Positions 9,769 through 18,487 of a stretch of 26,225 nt of DNA are shown piece by piece. The stretch is from IMG/VR virus record IMGVR_UViG_2537562013_000006, positions 1 through 26,225 of that record, one strand, 5' to 3'. Made by a program: the position numbers and the translations under genes. This stretch comes from a virus. Its lineage: Duplodnaviria > Heunggongvirae > Uroviricota > Caudoviricetes. Each line of letters begins with the position of its first letter. Position 1 is the stretch's first letter. The notes beneath the pieces are model-generated. The model did not search any database. It was not told the DNA's origin and worked only from the letters and a program-made list of their open reading frames with translations.

Positions 9769-10275
9769 TTAAATCTTCCAGGAAATTTCTGCATTGCCGT
9801 TAGCATCACCGGCACCTGTGAATTCAGCGTTGGTCAGCACCACATTTTTGCCACTGACTGACGTGGACATGAATCCACCCAGCGGCACTTTGATGGATTC
9901 ATCAGTGGAGACGACAACGTATACCGGGTCGCCTTTTTTGATAGTGCTGGCATCAAAATCAGAACCGAGATTAACGGTCACGTAGCCACGCTTCATGGCG
10001 TCGCCCGGGAAGTTCTTGCCTGTTCCCACCTGGCGAACCATGTCCGGCTGCGACGTGGTCGGATAAGGGCGCACGTAGATCCCCTTCACCTTGTCTGCGG
10101 TATCACCATCTGCCAGCGGCACGAAAAAACCGTCATCATCGTATTTACCAGCCAGCCCATAGGCAGCGAAGGCGTTATCGGATTTAAGGACCACCGGTTC
10201 GACGGTTAAGTCCTGCGGGCGAGAGACAGCCCCGGCAATACCAACAGGCATCCGGTACAGAAATACATTATTCAT
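9769..10275 (-). CDS. Head structural/decoration-like protein (168 aa)
   Basis: ATG at 10275; between the scaffold-like and capsid genes. Confidence 0.5.
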   Translation of the reverse strand: MNNVFLYRMPVGIAGAVSRPQDLTVEPVVLKSDNAFAAYGLAGKYDDDGFFVPLADGDTADKVKGIYVRPYPTTSQPDMVRQVGTGKNFPGDAMKRGYVTVNLGSDFDASTIKKGDPVYVVVSTDESIKVPLGGFMSTSVSGKNVVLTNAEFTGAGDANGNAEISWKI

Positions 10276-10278
10276 TTT

Positions 10279-11499
10279 TTACCCTTTACGGTTTGCCCAG
10301 AATTCAGCGTTTTGTTTGTTCAGGGAAGCGATACTGGTCATGCCCATGTTTAGGCGCTGTGCATCGCCGGTGGTGGCGCGGGTGTTTCGCCCTTTGGCAA
10401 TCTCAGACACGGCATTAAACGCCATGTCGACCGATTGTTTCGGCAATTTGCGGATATCCGCATCACCGACTATCTGGCGAACCAGCGTTTTGTCAGCGGA
10501 AGCCAGAACCTCGCGTTTGAACGCGGTCGGTTTCATCTTACGGCTCAGATCGATACCCGGAACAATAACTTCGGCACGCCAGGCTGAGTCACCAGTAATC
10601 GTGGTTTCCTCTTCATCGTCCTCGCCGTCACCGGTCGGATTATCGTCAGGCTTATTATCGTTATCGCCCGTGGCATTTCCTTCCAGCTTAGCCAGCAGGG
10701 CTTTCAGTAATGTTTTGAGGTCATCATCACTGTCGCCGGTTGGGCCTCCCCCCATCTCTGGTGCTTTGTCCGGTAGTGGTTGCTGCGGGGACAGGTTGAT
10801 ATTGAGATTAACGCCCTGCGGCAAATCCCCCTCATCTCCTGTAACCGATGCGGGAGCCGACTCCACCAGTTCGTTCATGGTGTCGGCATCTCCTGTCTTG
10901 ATGGCCGCACGCATGCGGTTCCACCAGTTTTTCTTTTGATTTGCCATTGTGTCTCTGTCTCCAATTGCACAACGATTTCCGGCTCTGCCTTTAGGGACAA
11001 GAGCCACATGGTTTCCGGTAATATCGACCTGCTCAGCTTTACCTGGCTCGGTCTGCTCGTACTCCGCGTCATAGCCGCACGACACTTCGCGCAGGCCATC
11101 TTCGATAAGCTGAATGGCGTTTTCGTCTTTGACGATAAGGTCAGCCAGCATCAAATCAGACTGCTCACCCGTCCCGCGCCGGACATTCTGGAGGTGCCCG
11201 ACAGCAAGCTCTTTCCAGTTCTCGGGATTTACCAGCCGCACATTCCCGTTTTCATCTTCAGGATGCAGAATCGTGATGCTCATCCCTTCGAATGAGGCAA
11301 GCGTGGCCGGATGGAATACCTGCTCAGGAGAACGCGTGACGACTATTTCACCGAACTTATCGGGTTTCAGTTTTGGCAGGTCATCAGCACCATAGAGCTG
11401 CTTACCTGTTCGTCCTATCGGCACGTCTCTGCACAGCAACGAGCCGTCAGCCAGCTGATAGCGGGTTTCCCCCAGCCGGGTATTGAAAAAATATTTCAT
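10279..11499 (-). CDS. Putative scaffolding / prohead protease-like protein (406 aa)
   Basis: ATG at 11499. Globular N-terminal domain, then a strongly acidic low-complexity linker (GDSDDDLKTLLKALLAKLEGNATGDNDNKPDDNPTGDGEDDEEETT). Position matches scaffold/protease genes. Confidence 0.5.
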   Translation of the reverse strand: MKYFFNTRLGETRYQLADGSLLCRDVPIGRTGKQLYGADDLPKLKPDKFGEIVVTRSPEQVFHPATLASFEGMSITILHPEDENGNVRLVNPENWKELAVGHLQNVRRGTGEQSDLMLADLIVKDENAIQLIEDGLREVSCGYDAEYEQTEPGKAEQVDITGNHVALVPKGRAGNRCAIGDRDTMANQKKNWWNRMRAAIKTGDADTMNELVESAPASVTGDEGDLPQGVNLNINLSPQQPLPDKAPEMGGGPTGDSDDDLKTLLKALLAKLEGNATGDNDNKPDDNPTGDGEDDEEETTITGDSAWRAEVIVPGIDLSRKMKPTAFKREVLASADKTLVRQIVGDADIRKLPKQSVDMAFNAVSEIAKGRNTRATTGDAQRLNMGMTSIASLNKQNAEFWANRKG

Positions 11500-11513
11500 G
11501 TGTTACCTGCGAT

Positions 11514-12287
11514 TCAGGCGGGATAAGATTGGGAGGTGGGAAAAACGATTTCTTTATAACAGCGACAATTCGGGAGCTCGCCAGCGTGACCTGTCATGCC
11601 GTCAAGCGTTGGAGGTTTGCCCCATTCGACAAATTTACCTTCCATTTCCCGATGAGAATGCCTGACGTCACCATCTTCGGCTGTACGCCAGATATAACCA
11701 TTCGAACCAATTGACAGCGCACGCGCCTGATCCAGCGCGCCGGTTGCACGTCCAAGTTCAGTACGGGCAATCAGGTCAGCTCTGGACTTTGCTATATCAC
11801 CCGATGCGGCTATTTCTTTAGCAAAATATTCTGCTCTCCCACCGGTCACAACAGCTTCTGTCGCCCGATTCTGGATGTCGTACACCCTGTCAGCCGCCTC
11901 GAGGGGGAGCGATTTGATGTACTTGACCTGTTCGGCGATGATGGATTGCATCACCTGGCCCACAGGAGCGCTTTCCACAAGATTGCGGAGCTCGCGACTG
12001 ATGTTCTTGCTGTGTTGCCGCCAAACTTTCTCGTTCTGCCGGGTTAGGTCCGCAGTAAAGTTTTCCGCGACCTTTGTCGCCCAGGGGGTGATGATTTCAC
12101 TGTAGCGTTCCAGCGCCTCAATAATTTCCGTGATACTGTCATTTGAACCATCGTAGCGACCATTTACGATGTCTCCGACCGCCCGCGCTATCCTGCGTAG
12201 GCTGGTTCGATAGCGGATTTCCGCCTGACGGTTCCTGCGGTTCGTCATCAGATTCGCCGATGCCGGGCGGCGCTTCATCTTCGGCAT
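11514..12287 (-). CDS. Phage Mu F-like head morphogenesis (minor head) protein (257 aa)
   Basis: C-terminal signature HSHREMEGKFVEWGKPPTLDGMTGHAGELPNCRCY is typical of the Mu gpF / SPP1 gp7 family, and the gene sits right after the portal. Start is ambiguous (ATG at 12287, 12278 or 12248) and overlaps the portal 3' end. Confidence 0.7.
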   Translation of the reverse strand: MPKMKRRPASANLMTNRRNRQAEIRYRTSLRRIARAVGDIVNGRYDGSNDSITEIIEALERYSEIITPWATKVAENFTADLTRQNEKVWRQHSKNISRELRNLVESAPVGQVMQSIIAEQVKYIKSLPLEAADRVYDIQNRATEAVVTGGRAEYFAKEIAASGDIAKSRADLIARTELGRATGALDQARALSIGSNGYIWRTAEDGDVRHSHREMEGKFVEWGKPPTLDGMTGHAGELPNCRCYKEIVFPTSQSYPA

Positions 12288-13605
12288 TCTCGATGTCCTC
12301 GTCGGTAATGGATGCCCCGATGCCGGTTACGTCAGAATTTTCGCGCAAATCAGTCATAGCGGCTTTCAGTGTCATCAGACCATCACCCAGCGCCGTACTG
12401 ATTGCGTTGGTAGTGTTTAACGCCACCGTTGAGCGATCGACATCAGACATTTGCCAGAGCGGGTTAAACTCAAACGTGAATTCGTCCGGCAGCGGCTTGC
12501 CAAGCTCCGAACGATGCATGATGTCCAGTATCCGCCGCACCGGAAGACGTAAACGCCTCTCCTGTAACGAGCTTACCCGGTCGTAATAGTTGGCAAGGTC
12601 TGCATCGCCGGTAGAAAATCCTTTCGGGGACTGTCCGAACAACCGCACCAGTGGGATACCAACAGCGCCACTAATCTGTTCTGCAAACTGCGAAAGGATG
12701 TCATCCAGACCACTGAAGCTGTACTGATGCGTTTCAAACTTATCCCGCGAGTCCATGAGTGTCATACCTTCATTGCTCTGGAACTGTCGAATCAGGTCGA
12801 TATTCTTCAGCAACGCTTCATACGCAGGACCACCAAGTGCGATAAGCTCGCGTAGCTTCTCCACGCTGTAGGTGCGCAGATGCGCCTTGTAGACCAGCTG
12901 CGCCGCGCCGACAGTAGCGCTGTCGAACGCGGTAAGACGATCCCAGATACGCTCTACAACCGACATTCCCCATTCGTTCTCGGTCATCTTCTGCTGAAAT
13001 GGCAGCGTGACGCCATCAAAGCGAATCAGGCGACTGTGATGAATGCGCCAGGCAGGAATTCCCGTTGCTGTGGTCACCACATCGTAAAACTCAGGTTTAC
13101 CCAGGTCCGGCCCCATATCTTTAATGCGGCGGGTCAGTACCGGGTCGATCATCCAGCGGTCGAGCGGGAGAATCCCCTTAAACTTGCCCTTACCGATGGT
13201 TTCGGGTCGCAGCGGGGTCATTGGTGCCTGCCCCTCAATCATGATGAAACCCACCGCGCCGCCGTAGAGGCGCGACCATTTCAGCACGTCATTCAGCGCA
13301 TCCCAGATTTGCAACTCATCCAGTTGTGATTCGAGAATGCCACGATCTTTTGCATCAATTTCCGACGTGATGCGAATGCCTTTGCGGGTCATATCATCCG
13401 GGATAGCATCGACTGCTTCGCCGATGATCCAGGATGAACGATAGGACCATTCCACCAGCATGCGGTTACGACTGGTGAAATTAGCCCGGTAGGTGGATGC
13501 TGAGTGCTGGTTAGGTGTCTGCATCCCTACGCGGGCAATAAAATTCTCATAACCATCAGCTGTGGCCTGCGCAGTTCGCCGCAGGGCTTGTTTGTTTCGT
13601 GCCAT
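12139..13605 (-). CDS. Portal protein (488 aa)
   Basis: ATG at 13605 overlaps the terminase large subunit stop (ATGA). Size, acidic C-terminal tail and position after the terminase. Confidence 0.75.
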   Translation of the reverse strand: MARNKQALRRTAQATADGYENFIARVGMQTPNQHSASTYRANFTSRNRMLVEWSYRSSWIIGEAVDAIPDDMTRKGIRITSEIDAKDRGILESQLDELQIWDALNDVLKWSRLYGGAVGFIMIEGQAPMTPLRPETIGKGKFKGILPLDRWMIDPVLTRRIKDMGPDLGKPEFYDVVTTATGIPAWRIHHSRLIRFDGVTLPFQQKMTENEWGMSVVERIWDRLTAFDSATVGAAQLVYKAHLRTYSVEKLRELIALGGPAYEALLKNIDLIRQFQSNEGMTLMDSRDKFETHQYSFSGLDDILSQFAEQISGAVGIPLVRLFGQSPKGFSTGDADLANYYDRVSSLQERRLRLPVRRILDIMHRSELGKPLPDEFTFEFNPLWQMSDVDRSTVALNTTNAISTALGDGLMTLKAAMTDLRENSDVTGIGASITDEDIENAEDEAPPGIGESDDEPQEPSGGNPLSNQPTQDSAGGRRHRKWSLRWFK

Positions 13606-15227
13606 CAGGCCTGTCTCCCTAGCAGCTCCCAGATGTTCAGGGCTGAATTCATTGGGGCATAGTTGATCATCACCGAGTCGGCAAGGTTTGGCGATCGGGT
13701 TCCATCAGGCTGTTTATCAATAACGATTTTTCCCACACCATTAATGGAATAGGTCGGCTGCGAAAGCTCGATGATGAGTTTATCTTTGAGTGCCATGCTA
13801 CTGCTGATTGAGATGATTTCGTCCGGGTTGTAAGCCATACCTTCAACCACGGCGCGCCAGGTATTCTGAAAAAGTTTACGTAACCGCCACCAGCTCTGGG
13901 CTTTGGCGTTAGCGAAGAAGTCCTTGTTCAGACGTGCGGCTTGCCCGTTGTCCCCGCGAACAGCTTCATCATCCGGATCAAATACCGCGCCACTACCTCG
14001 AAACGGTGTGGCAAGTATTGACGGTCGACGCGCAGCGTTACGCAGTTCGTTGATAGCGCGTGCATCGCCGCGAACGCCAGCGCCCAGCCCGTCCTCGTCA
14101 AAGCGAAACTCTTCGAGGTTGTCCTGTTCGCAAAAGCCGAAAACCTTCTCGACGGACTGATAAATGTCGCTGCCCACACCGGACCATTCCCGCACATTTT
14201 CCAGGAGGAAGCCATGACGGGTGGAAAAGGCATTTTTGTCCCTGCCTTCGTCGGCGACATCCATCGCGCCAAGTCGTTTGCCTGTTGGCTGGATACCCAG
14301 TTTGATATGCGCATCAACGGCAGCCTGTACCCATTCGGATGGAATCAGAACGCCTTCCGCTGATGCGCTGTAGTTCAGATCAAGTTCCTGTGCCACCACC
14401 ACCGGATTATCGATTTTCTCGCATTCCCTGCGATACCACTCTTCATCCTTGCGAGGATCATCCCGCCAGTGGAATGTGAATACCGGTATCTTCCCGCCAT
14501 GACGCTTCTGAGCGAACGGGTTAGCCATGCCGTTAACTGAACTCAGGTCGATACGGCAACGCGTCGTTTGTGACAACGCCGCATCAATCAGCAGAGGACG
14601 CTGAAGGAATGCAGCCTCATCAACCAGATAAAGCGTGGTACGGTCACCACGACCAATATTATCGCCAGCCTCGCCTTTGATAACGGCACCAGTTTCAGGA
14701 AACTCAACACGCATATATGGCGCGTGCTTCTTCTCGCTCCACGAACCGCGAAACTCTACAGGTAGCGTTTCCACGAACTTGCGTGCCTTCCAGAACAATG
14801 CTTTCGGGTCACCGGTGCTGTCGACGTATTCCTCTTTACGGGAGCCGAAACCGATAACCATTTCTTTGTTGAAGAGACAAAGCGAGCAGGCCAGTCCGAT
14901 CGCGGTCCAACTGAGCCCCATTTCACGGGATTTTTCGGTAATACCATTCTCCCGATTGCCCCAGCGTTCCATAATCCAGTGGATCCACTCCTCCTGCTTA
15001 GGGAAGAGTAAAAACGGAATGGTCACCGGCAGGCCATAATCAATATTACGCGGGTCCGTTGTCATGCCCCAGTCGATGATGAACTGAGCCGGATTGGTTC
15101 GGTAAAACTGCTTCAATACGGGCAATATTTCAGGATTCTGGCGAATGCGCTGTAGGCGTTCCATCCGCCATTCAAAAACCATCTGGTAATCAGGATGTTT
15201 AAAATCGAAGGGGAATGGTAACGGCAT
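13605..15227 (-). CDS. Terminase large subunit (540 aa)
   Basis: N-terminal ATPase region with a Walker-B-like [10 protein letters not shown] and a C-terminal nuclease-like region; follows the small subunit with a 2-nt gap. Confidence 0.85.
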   Translation of the reverse strand: MPLPFPFDFKHPDYQMVFEWRMERLQRIRQNPEILPVLKQFYRTNPAQFIIDWGMTTDPRNIDYGLPVTIPFLLFPKQEEWIHWIMERWGNRENGITEKSREMGLSWTAIGLACSLCLFNKEMVIGFGSRKEEYVDSTGDPKALFWKARKFVETLPVEFRGSWSEKKHAPYMRVEFPETGAVIKGEAGDNIGRGDRTTLYLVDEAAFLQRPLLIDAALSQTTRCRIDLSSVNGMANPFAQKRHGGKIPVFTFHWRDDPRKDEEWYRRECEKIDNPVVVAQELDLNYSASAEGVLIPSEWVQAAVDAHIKLGIQPTGKRLGAMDVADEGRDKNAFSTRHGFLLENVREWSGVGSDIYQSVEKVFGFCEQDNLEEFRFDEDGLGAGVRGDARAINELRNAARRPSILATPFRGSGAVFDPDDEAVRGDNGQAARLNKDFFANAKAQSWWRLRKLFQNTWRAVVEGMAYNPDEIISISSSMALKDKLIIELSQPTYSINGVGKIVIDKQPDGTRSPNLADSVMINYAPMNSALNIWELLGRQA

Positions 15228-15229
15228 AC

Positions 15230-15802
15230 TTAGCCCATCATTTTTCTATACGCCTCTGCAGCCTGCTCCGGCGTTAAGTTGGTAATTTCTGTTCTGACGG
15301 GTCCTCCATCAGCGCCAGTCACTTCATTTTTGACGTTGTCTTTAAACGCCTGAACAGAAACATGACGCCCAAGCAACTCAAGGTTTTTAACCTTATCAGG
15401 CCACTTAATCTTTTTAAGGATCCCGACCATTTCTCTGTCATCTCCTCGCCCCTCAAACATTTCAGCGAGGTTAAATCCACTCAGGTACCGACGCCACGAT
15501 TCCGGCCACGCAGACAGAGGCTTAATACTTAAATCGTCCTCCAGGATGTCAGCCACATCGAGCCTGTCGATCTCAACCAGTCGCATCAGCACATAATTAG
15601 CATCAATGCCCAGTTGATCAATACGCTCCTGCTTTAGCTCGTTAATACGGGCGCGTATCTCAGGTTTACCGTATAGTTCAGCCCCCGTAACATGTGCTCG
15701 CCTGGAGACGTAGCCTGCGCGAATAGCTGCTTGTGTAGCATTCAGATCGACAAGAAACTCGCGACAAAACACCTCGTGTTTTGCTTTCAGCTTCTTAGTC
15801 AT
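15230..15802 (-). CDS. Terminase small subunit (190 aa)
   Basis: N-terminal motif [25 protein letters not shown] is typical of the Terminase_2-type small subunit; lies directly upstream of the large subunit. Confidence 0.75.
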   Translation of the reverse strand: MTKKLKAKHEVFCREFLVDLNATQAAIRAGYVSRRAHVTGAELYGKPEIRARINELKQERIDQLGIDANYVLMRLVEIDRLDVADILEDDLSIKPLSAWPESWRRYLSGFNLAEMFEGRGDDREMVGILKKIKWPDKVKNLELLGRHVSVQAFKDNVKNEVTGADGGPVRTEITNLTPEQAAEAYRKMMG

Positions 15803-15863
15803 TTTATTTTCCAGTTATCAGGTCATTATCGAAGCCCCTCCTGGAAGAGCTTCTGTAATGCTA

Positions 15864-16388
15864 TTACCGGGACTGTTCTATTTGTCGGACACCAGCCAAC
15901 TGGTTATTCGCCTTCTCGATGGCTGCCAACAGTGGGTTAATCCACAGAACAGCCTGGCAATATGTCAACGTTCTGGTGGTAGTGGCACGATCACCGGCTG
16001 AGTCAATGTCCCCGGAATCGGCGTGCAATGCGCTGGCGCGTAAACGGTTCGCGTAGTTGAGCAACCCGACAGCAATATCAACAGGAACAGGGAAATCACA
16101 GTTCTTTTCACGGAGCAGAACCTCACGGTATTTGATGACTGTCTTCTCGTGACCGATGTCGACCAGAGAATTTAATCGGCTTGCGTTTTCTGCTATCTGG
16201 TTAAAACGATTGAAGTTTAATGCCTGATTAGCTATCACTTTCCCTTGATATTCAGCTTCACCTTCCGCTTTATCAGCCCACAACTTTTCTGCCTGATACT
16301 TGCTGTGGTAATGGTTTGCAGACCAGACGAGCGCCCCAAAGGCAGAGAAGAAAAATGCCGCGATGACAATCTTATAAGTCAGCTTCAT
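15864..16388 (-). CDS. Rz-like inner-membrane spanin (174 aa)
   Basis: N-terminal transmembrane segment (IVIAAFFFSAFGALVW) followed by a helical periplasmic domain. Third gene of the holin-endolysin-spanin cassette; its start overlaps the endolysin 3' end. Confidence 0.7.
   Translation of the reverse strand: MKLTYKIVIAAFFFSAFGALVWSANHYHSKYQAEKLWADKAEGEAEYQGKVIANQALNFNRFNQIAENASRLNSLVDIGHEKTVIKYREVLLREKNCDFPVPVDIAVGLLNYANRLRASALHADSGDIDSAGDRATTTRTLTYCQAVLWINPLLAAIEKANNQLAGVRQIEQSR
15965..16111 (-). CDS. Rz1-like outer-membrane lipoprotein spanin, embedded in Rz in the +1 frame (48 aa, GTG start)
   Basis: Hand translation of the +1 frame inside Rz gives (M)KRTVISLFLLILLSGCSTTRTVYAPAHCTPIPGTLTQPVIVPLPPER. 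It has a lipobox (LLSGC) and a Pro-rich mature part with a second Cys. GAGG lies 9 nt upstream of the GTG. Not in the ORF track because it is under 60 aa and non-ATG. Confidence 0.55.
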   Translation of the reverse strand: MKRTVISLFLLILLSGCSTTRTVYAPAHCTPIPGTLTQPVIVPLPPER

Positions 16389-16848
16389 TTACCACCCCAC
16401 CAGCATCTTTAAACCTGGAAATCAGGTCACCGATTTTATGTTCATACTGACCGTAACCTGCACCAGGTAACGACGCCCAGATATTGCTGCAACGGTCGAT
16501 TGCCTGACGAATATCGCCACGGTCAATCATCGGTAAAGCGCCACGCTCTTTAATCTGCTGCAGCGCCACAGCGTCCTGACTTTCTGGCGAAAAATCTTTC
16601 AGGCCAAGCTGCTTGCGGTAGGCATCCCACCAGCGTGAAAGAAGCTGATACCGGCCTGCGGCTGTTGATTTAAGCTTCGGGTTTAGCGTGACAAGTTTGC
16701 GAGGGTGATCGGAGTAATCAGTGAACAACTCACCTCCGACGATAACGTCATAACCGTGATTACGTGTCGGTTGTCGCCCGTTATCCGTTCCTTCTGACCA
16801 TGCCACCATATCCAGGAAAGCTTTGCGTTGGGAATTTAGTGTCTGCAT
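16372..16848 (-). CDS. R: Endolysin, lambda R-type lytic transglycosylase (158 aa)
   Basis: Near-identical over most of its length to phage lambda R as I recall it (QRKAFLDM.AWSEGTDNGRQ.TRNHGYDVIVGGELFTDYSDHPRKLVTLNPKLKST.AGRYQLLSRWWDAYRKQLGLKDFSP), including the catalytic Glu in WSEGTD. Confidence 0.9.
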   Translation of the reverse strand: MQTLNSQRKAFLDMVAWSEGTDNGRQPTRNHGYDVIVGGELFTDYSDHPRKLVTLNPKLKSTAAGRYQLLSRWWDAYRKQLGLKDFSPESQDAVALQQIKERGALPMIDRGDIRQAIDRCSNIWASLPGAGYGQYEHKIGDLISRFKDAGGVVNEADL

Positions 16849-16851
16849 GAA

Positions 16852-17193
16852 TTACTCCTTAGAGCCACCAAACTTGTTACCGATTACTCGCATTGCAGCC
16901 CCACGAATAGCATCGACACCGATCAGCCCAACACCACCACCAATGGCAACAGAAAGAGATTTAGGCCATCCAACATACTCAAGAGCGGATGCAAAGGTCA
17001 GCGTCAGAGCACCACAGAGCAAAATCTCAAGCGTTTTTCGTTTCCAGCCGCCGCCACCGCCAAAATAGGCAATGCGCAAGCCAGCCATAACAATTGACAT
17101 AACCACTGCGCCCAACGGCGTATCTCCACGCCACCAACTTTGTAAGAGTTCCAGTAAGTCAGGCCAGGAATGAGGAGCATTGTGCATTTTCAT
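16852..17193 (-). CDS. Class I holin with dual-start motif (113 aa from M7; track ORF starts at 17211)
   Basis: Strong SD GGAGGT 7 nt upstream of the ATG at 17193 followed by Met-Lys-Met (MKMHNAP...), the same arrangement as the lambda S107/S105 dual start. Three predicted transmembrane segments. Immediately upstream of the endolysin. Confidence 0.8.
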   Translation of the reverse strand: MKMHNAPHSWPDLLELLQSWWRGDTPLGAVVMSIVMAGLRIAYFGGGGGWKRKTLEILLCGALTLTFASALEYVGWPKSLSVAIGGGVGLIGVDAIRGAAMRVIGNKFGGSKE

Positions 17194-17294
17194 ACTTCCC
17201 ACCTCCGCCATTACGGGGTGTTGTTGAAAGGCGGGCCCTGCGTATACGCCCGTAGGATTGGGTTATGAGCCGTCCTTCGGTGGGCCCTGAATAC

Positions 17295-17318
17295 AAAAAA
17301 AGTTCGCCATAGCGAACC
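17295..17318 (-). terminator. Intrinsic terminator about 100 bp upstream of the holin (tR'-like)
   Basis: Minus-strand read: GGTTCGC-TATG-GCGAAC followed by TTTTTTT (perfect 6-7 bp stem, 4-nt loop, U7). Confidence 0.55.
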
Positions 17319-17547
17319 TTGTTAAATTTGTTAAAAAAGGAAGTTATTTAACATAATGTACGTTATAGGAACCACACGATCCCCGCTCGCAATAGATTTG
17401 CGATGAAAGGCCTATTTAATCAACTTAAGTGGTCCAGAATGACGAAATTCGAGTGAATAAAAGGTGCATAAAAAAGGGCAAAAACTGCATAGCGTTTTTT
17501 CGCAGCGAAAGCCCTGTTTTATTAACTTTTCCCCAGAATGGGGCAAT

Positions 17548-17571
17548 AAAAAAGGCCCCCTTGCGGAAGCC
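17548..17571 (-). terminator. Intrinsic terminator downstream of the 113-aa ORF
   Basis: Minus-strand read: GGCTTCC-GCAA-GGGGGCC followed by TTTTTT (7-bp stem with two G-U pairs, GNRA-type loop). Confidence 0.4.
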
Positions 17572-17638
17572 TCTTCGTGATGAACTGTTTTCAACAGATA
17601 TCAGGCTAATCGGCTTTTTGGAATTCCACAACTATTTT

Positions 17639-17980
17639 TTATCTTACCTTGATGCCTGATGCCGTCAGATGTTTACGACAGTCCTGAATACCTTCGTTAT
17701 AACCCGCATCGTAGAAGCTATCCGGCTTTGCCTTCAGCGCAGGAAGCGTAACGCTGGTAGCTCTTCGTTCGGCCAGAACACCTGCCTGAAAGAGTGTCCA
17801 CATCAACTGAACTGCTGAATCACAGTAAGTAACATCTTCACTGTACAATTCTCGTTCAATCCTGATGCCAAGTTGAGCCTTCATTGATGCGCCAATATTA
17901 CCTTTGACCTGCAACGACAGGTCTGGGTACCTCTGTTCCATGAAGCTTTCAAATCTGTTGCGAACGCTGATCAGAGCCAT
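17639..17980 (-). CDS. Hypothetical protein (113 aa) between the Q-like gene and the lysis cassette
   Basis: ATG at 17980 with AAGGGA SD, 31 bp after the Q-like stop. No recognisable motif. Confidence 0.5.
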   Translation of the reverse strand: MALISVRNRFESFMEQRYPDLSLQVKGNIGASMKAQLGIRIERELYSEDVTYCDSAVQLMWTLFQAGVLAERRATSVTLPALKAKPDSFYDAGYNEGIQDCRKHLTASGIKVR

Positions 17981-18011
17981 CTGGTTCCCTTACGTGATTG
18001 ATTGCTGGATA

Positions 18012-18434
18012 TTATGCCGCCGAGCAGCTCCTACGCAAAGTCCTGATAGCCTGAGGCTTTGACTGAACCGACTGATCCATTTCGAGCACCACATCCAGCA
18101 TGGCTAAGCAACCGTCAATAAATCCCTCTGCCGCCTGAAGCCTCTTCAGAACGTGGGTGTGAGATACGCCGAGCTTCTCACCCATCGCCCGCACGGGCAT
18201 GGCCTGGACGTAATGCCACTCAAGGAGCGTGCACAGATACGGATCTTTTTTCTTCAGGCAGCTCATAGCGGAGTTGATGATAAGACCGTCATTGTCACTG
18301 CATTTCAGCCTTCCAGACTGCGTCGCGGGTAGCAGATTCTTAAACCCGGCTGCAACAGGAGGAAAGTAGACGCTACCACCTTCACTCGCTGCCCAGCCAC
18401 CCCAGCGCTCTAAAACCTGTTGAATATTACGCAT
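18012..18434 (-). CDS. Putative late-gene antiterminator, short Q-like (140 aa)
   Basis: ATG at 18434. Located between the replication genes and the lysis cassette. N-terminus (MRNIQQVLERWGGWAA...) and size resemble short Q-type antiterminators of lambdoid prophages as I recall them; not verified. Confidence 0.5.
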   Translation of the reverse strand: MRNIQQVLERWGGWAASEGGSVYFPPVAAGFKNLLPATQSGRLKCSDNDGLIINSAMSCLKKKDPYLCTLLEWHYVQAMPVRAMGEKLGVSHTHVLKRLQAAEGFIDGCLAMLDVVLEMDQSVQSKPQAIRTLRRSCSAA

Positions 18435-18487
18435 AGCTCTGACCTCTACGTTTTGCTACGAAAAATTTTTCTGAGAACTACGTCTGT

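Noticed and set aside
10316-10939. 207-aa plus-strand ORF antisense to the scaffold-like gene
   Set aside because: Low-complexity Ser/Pro-rich translation (SSSSSSPSPVGLSSG), fully antisense to a well-supported minus-strand gene, no RBS context. Typical shadow ORF.
17212-17638. tRNA genes or small ORFs (17412..17594, 17425..17631) in the Q-to-holin intergenic region
   Set aside because: No T-loop-like GGTTCGANTCC or cloverleaf could be traced by eye. The small ORFs overlap the terminator hairpins and lack RBS support. tRNAscan-type software would settle the tRNA question.
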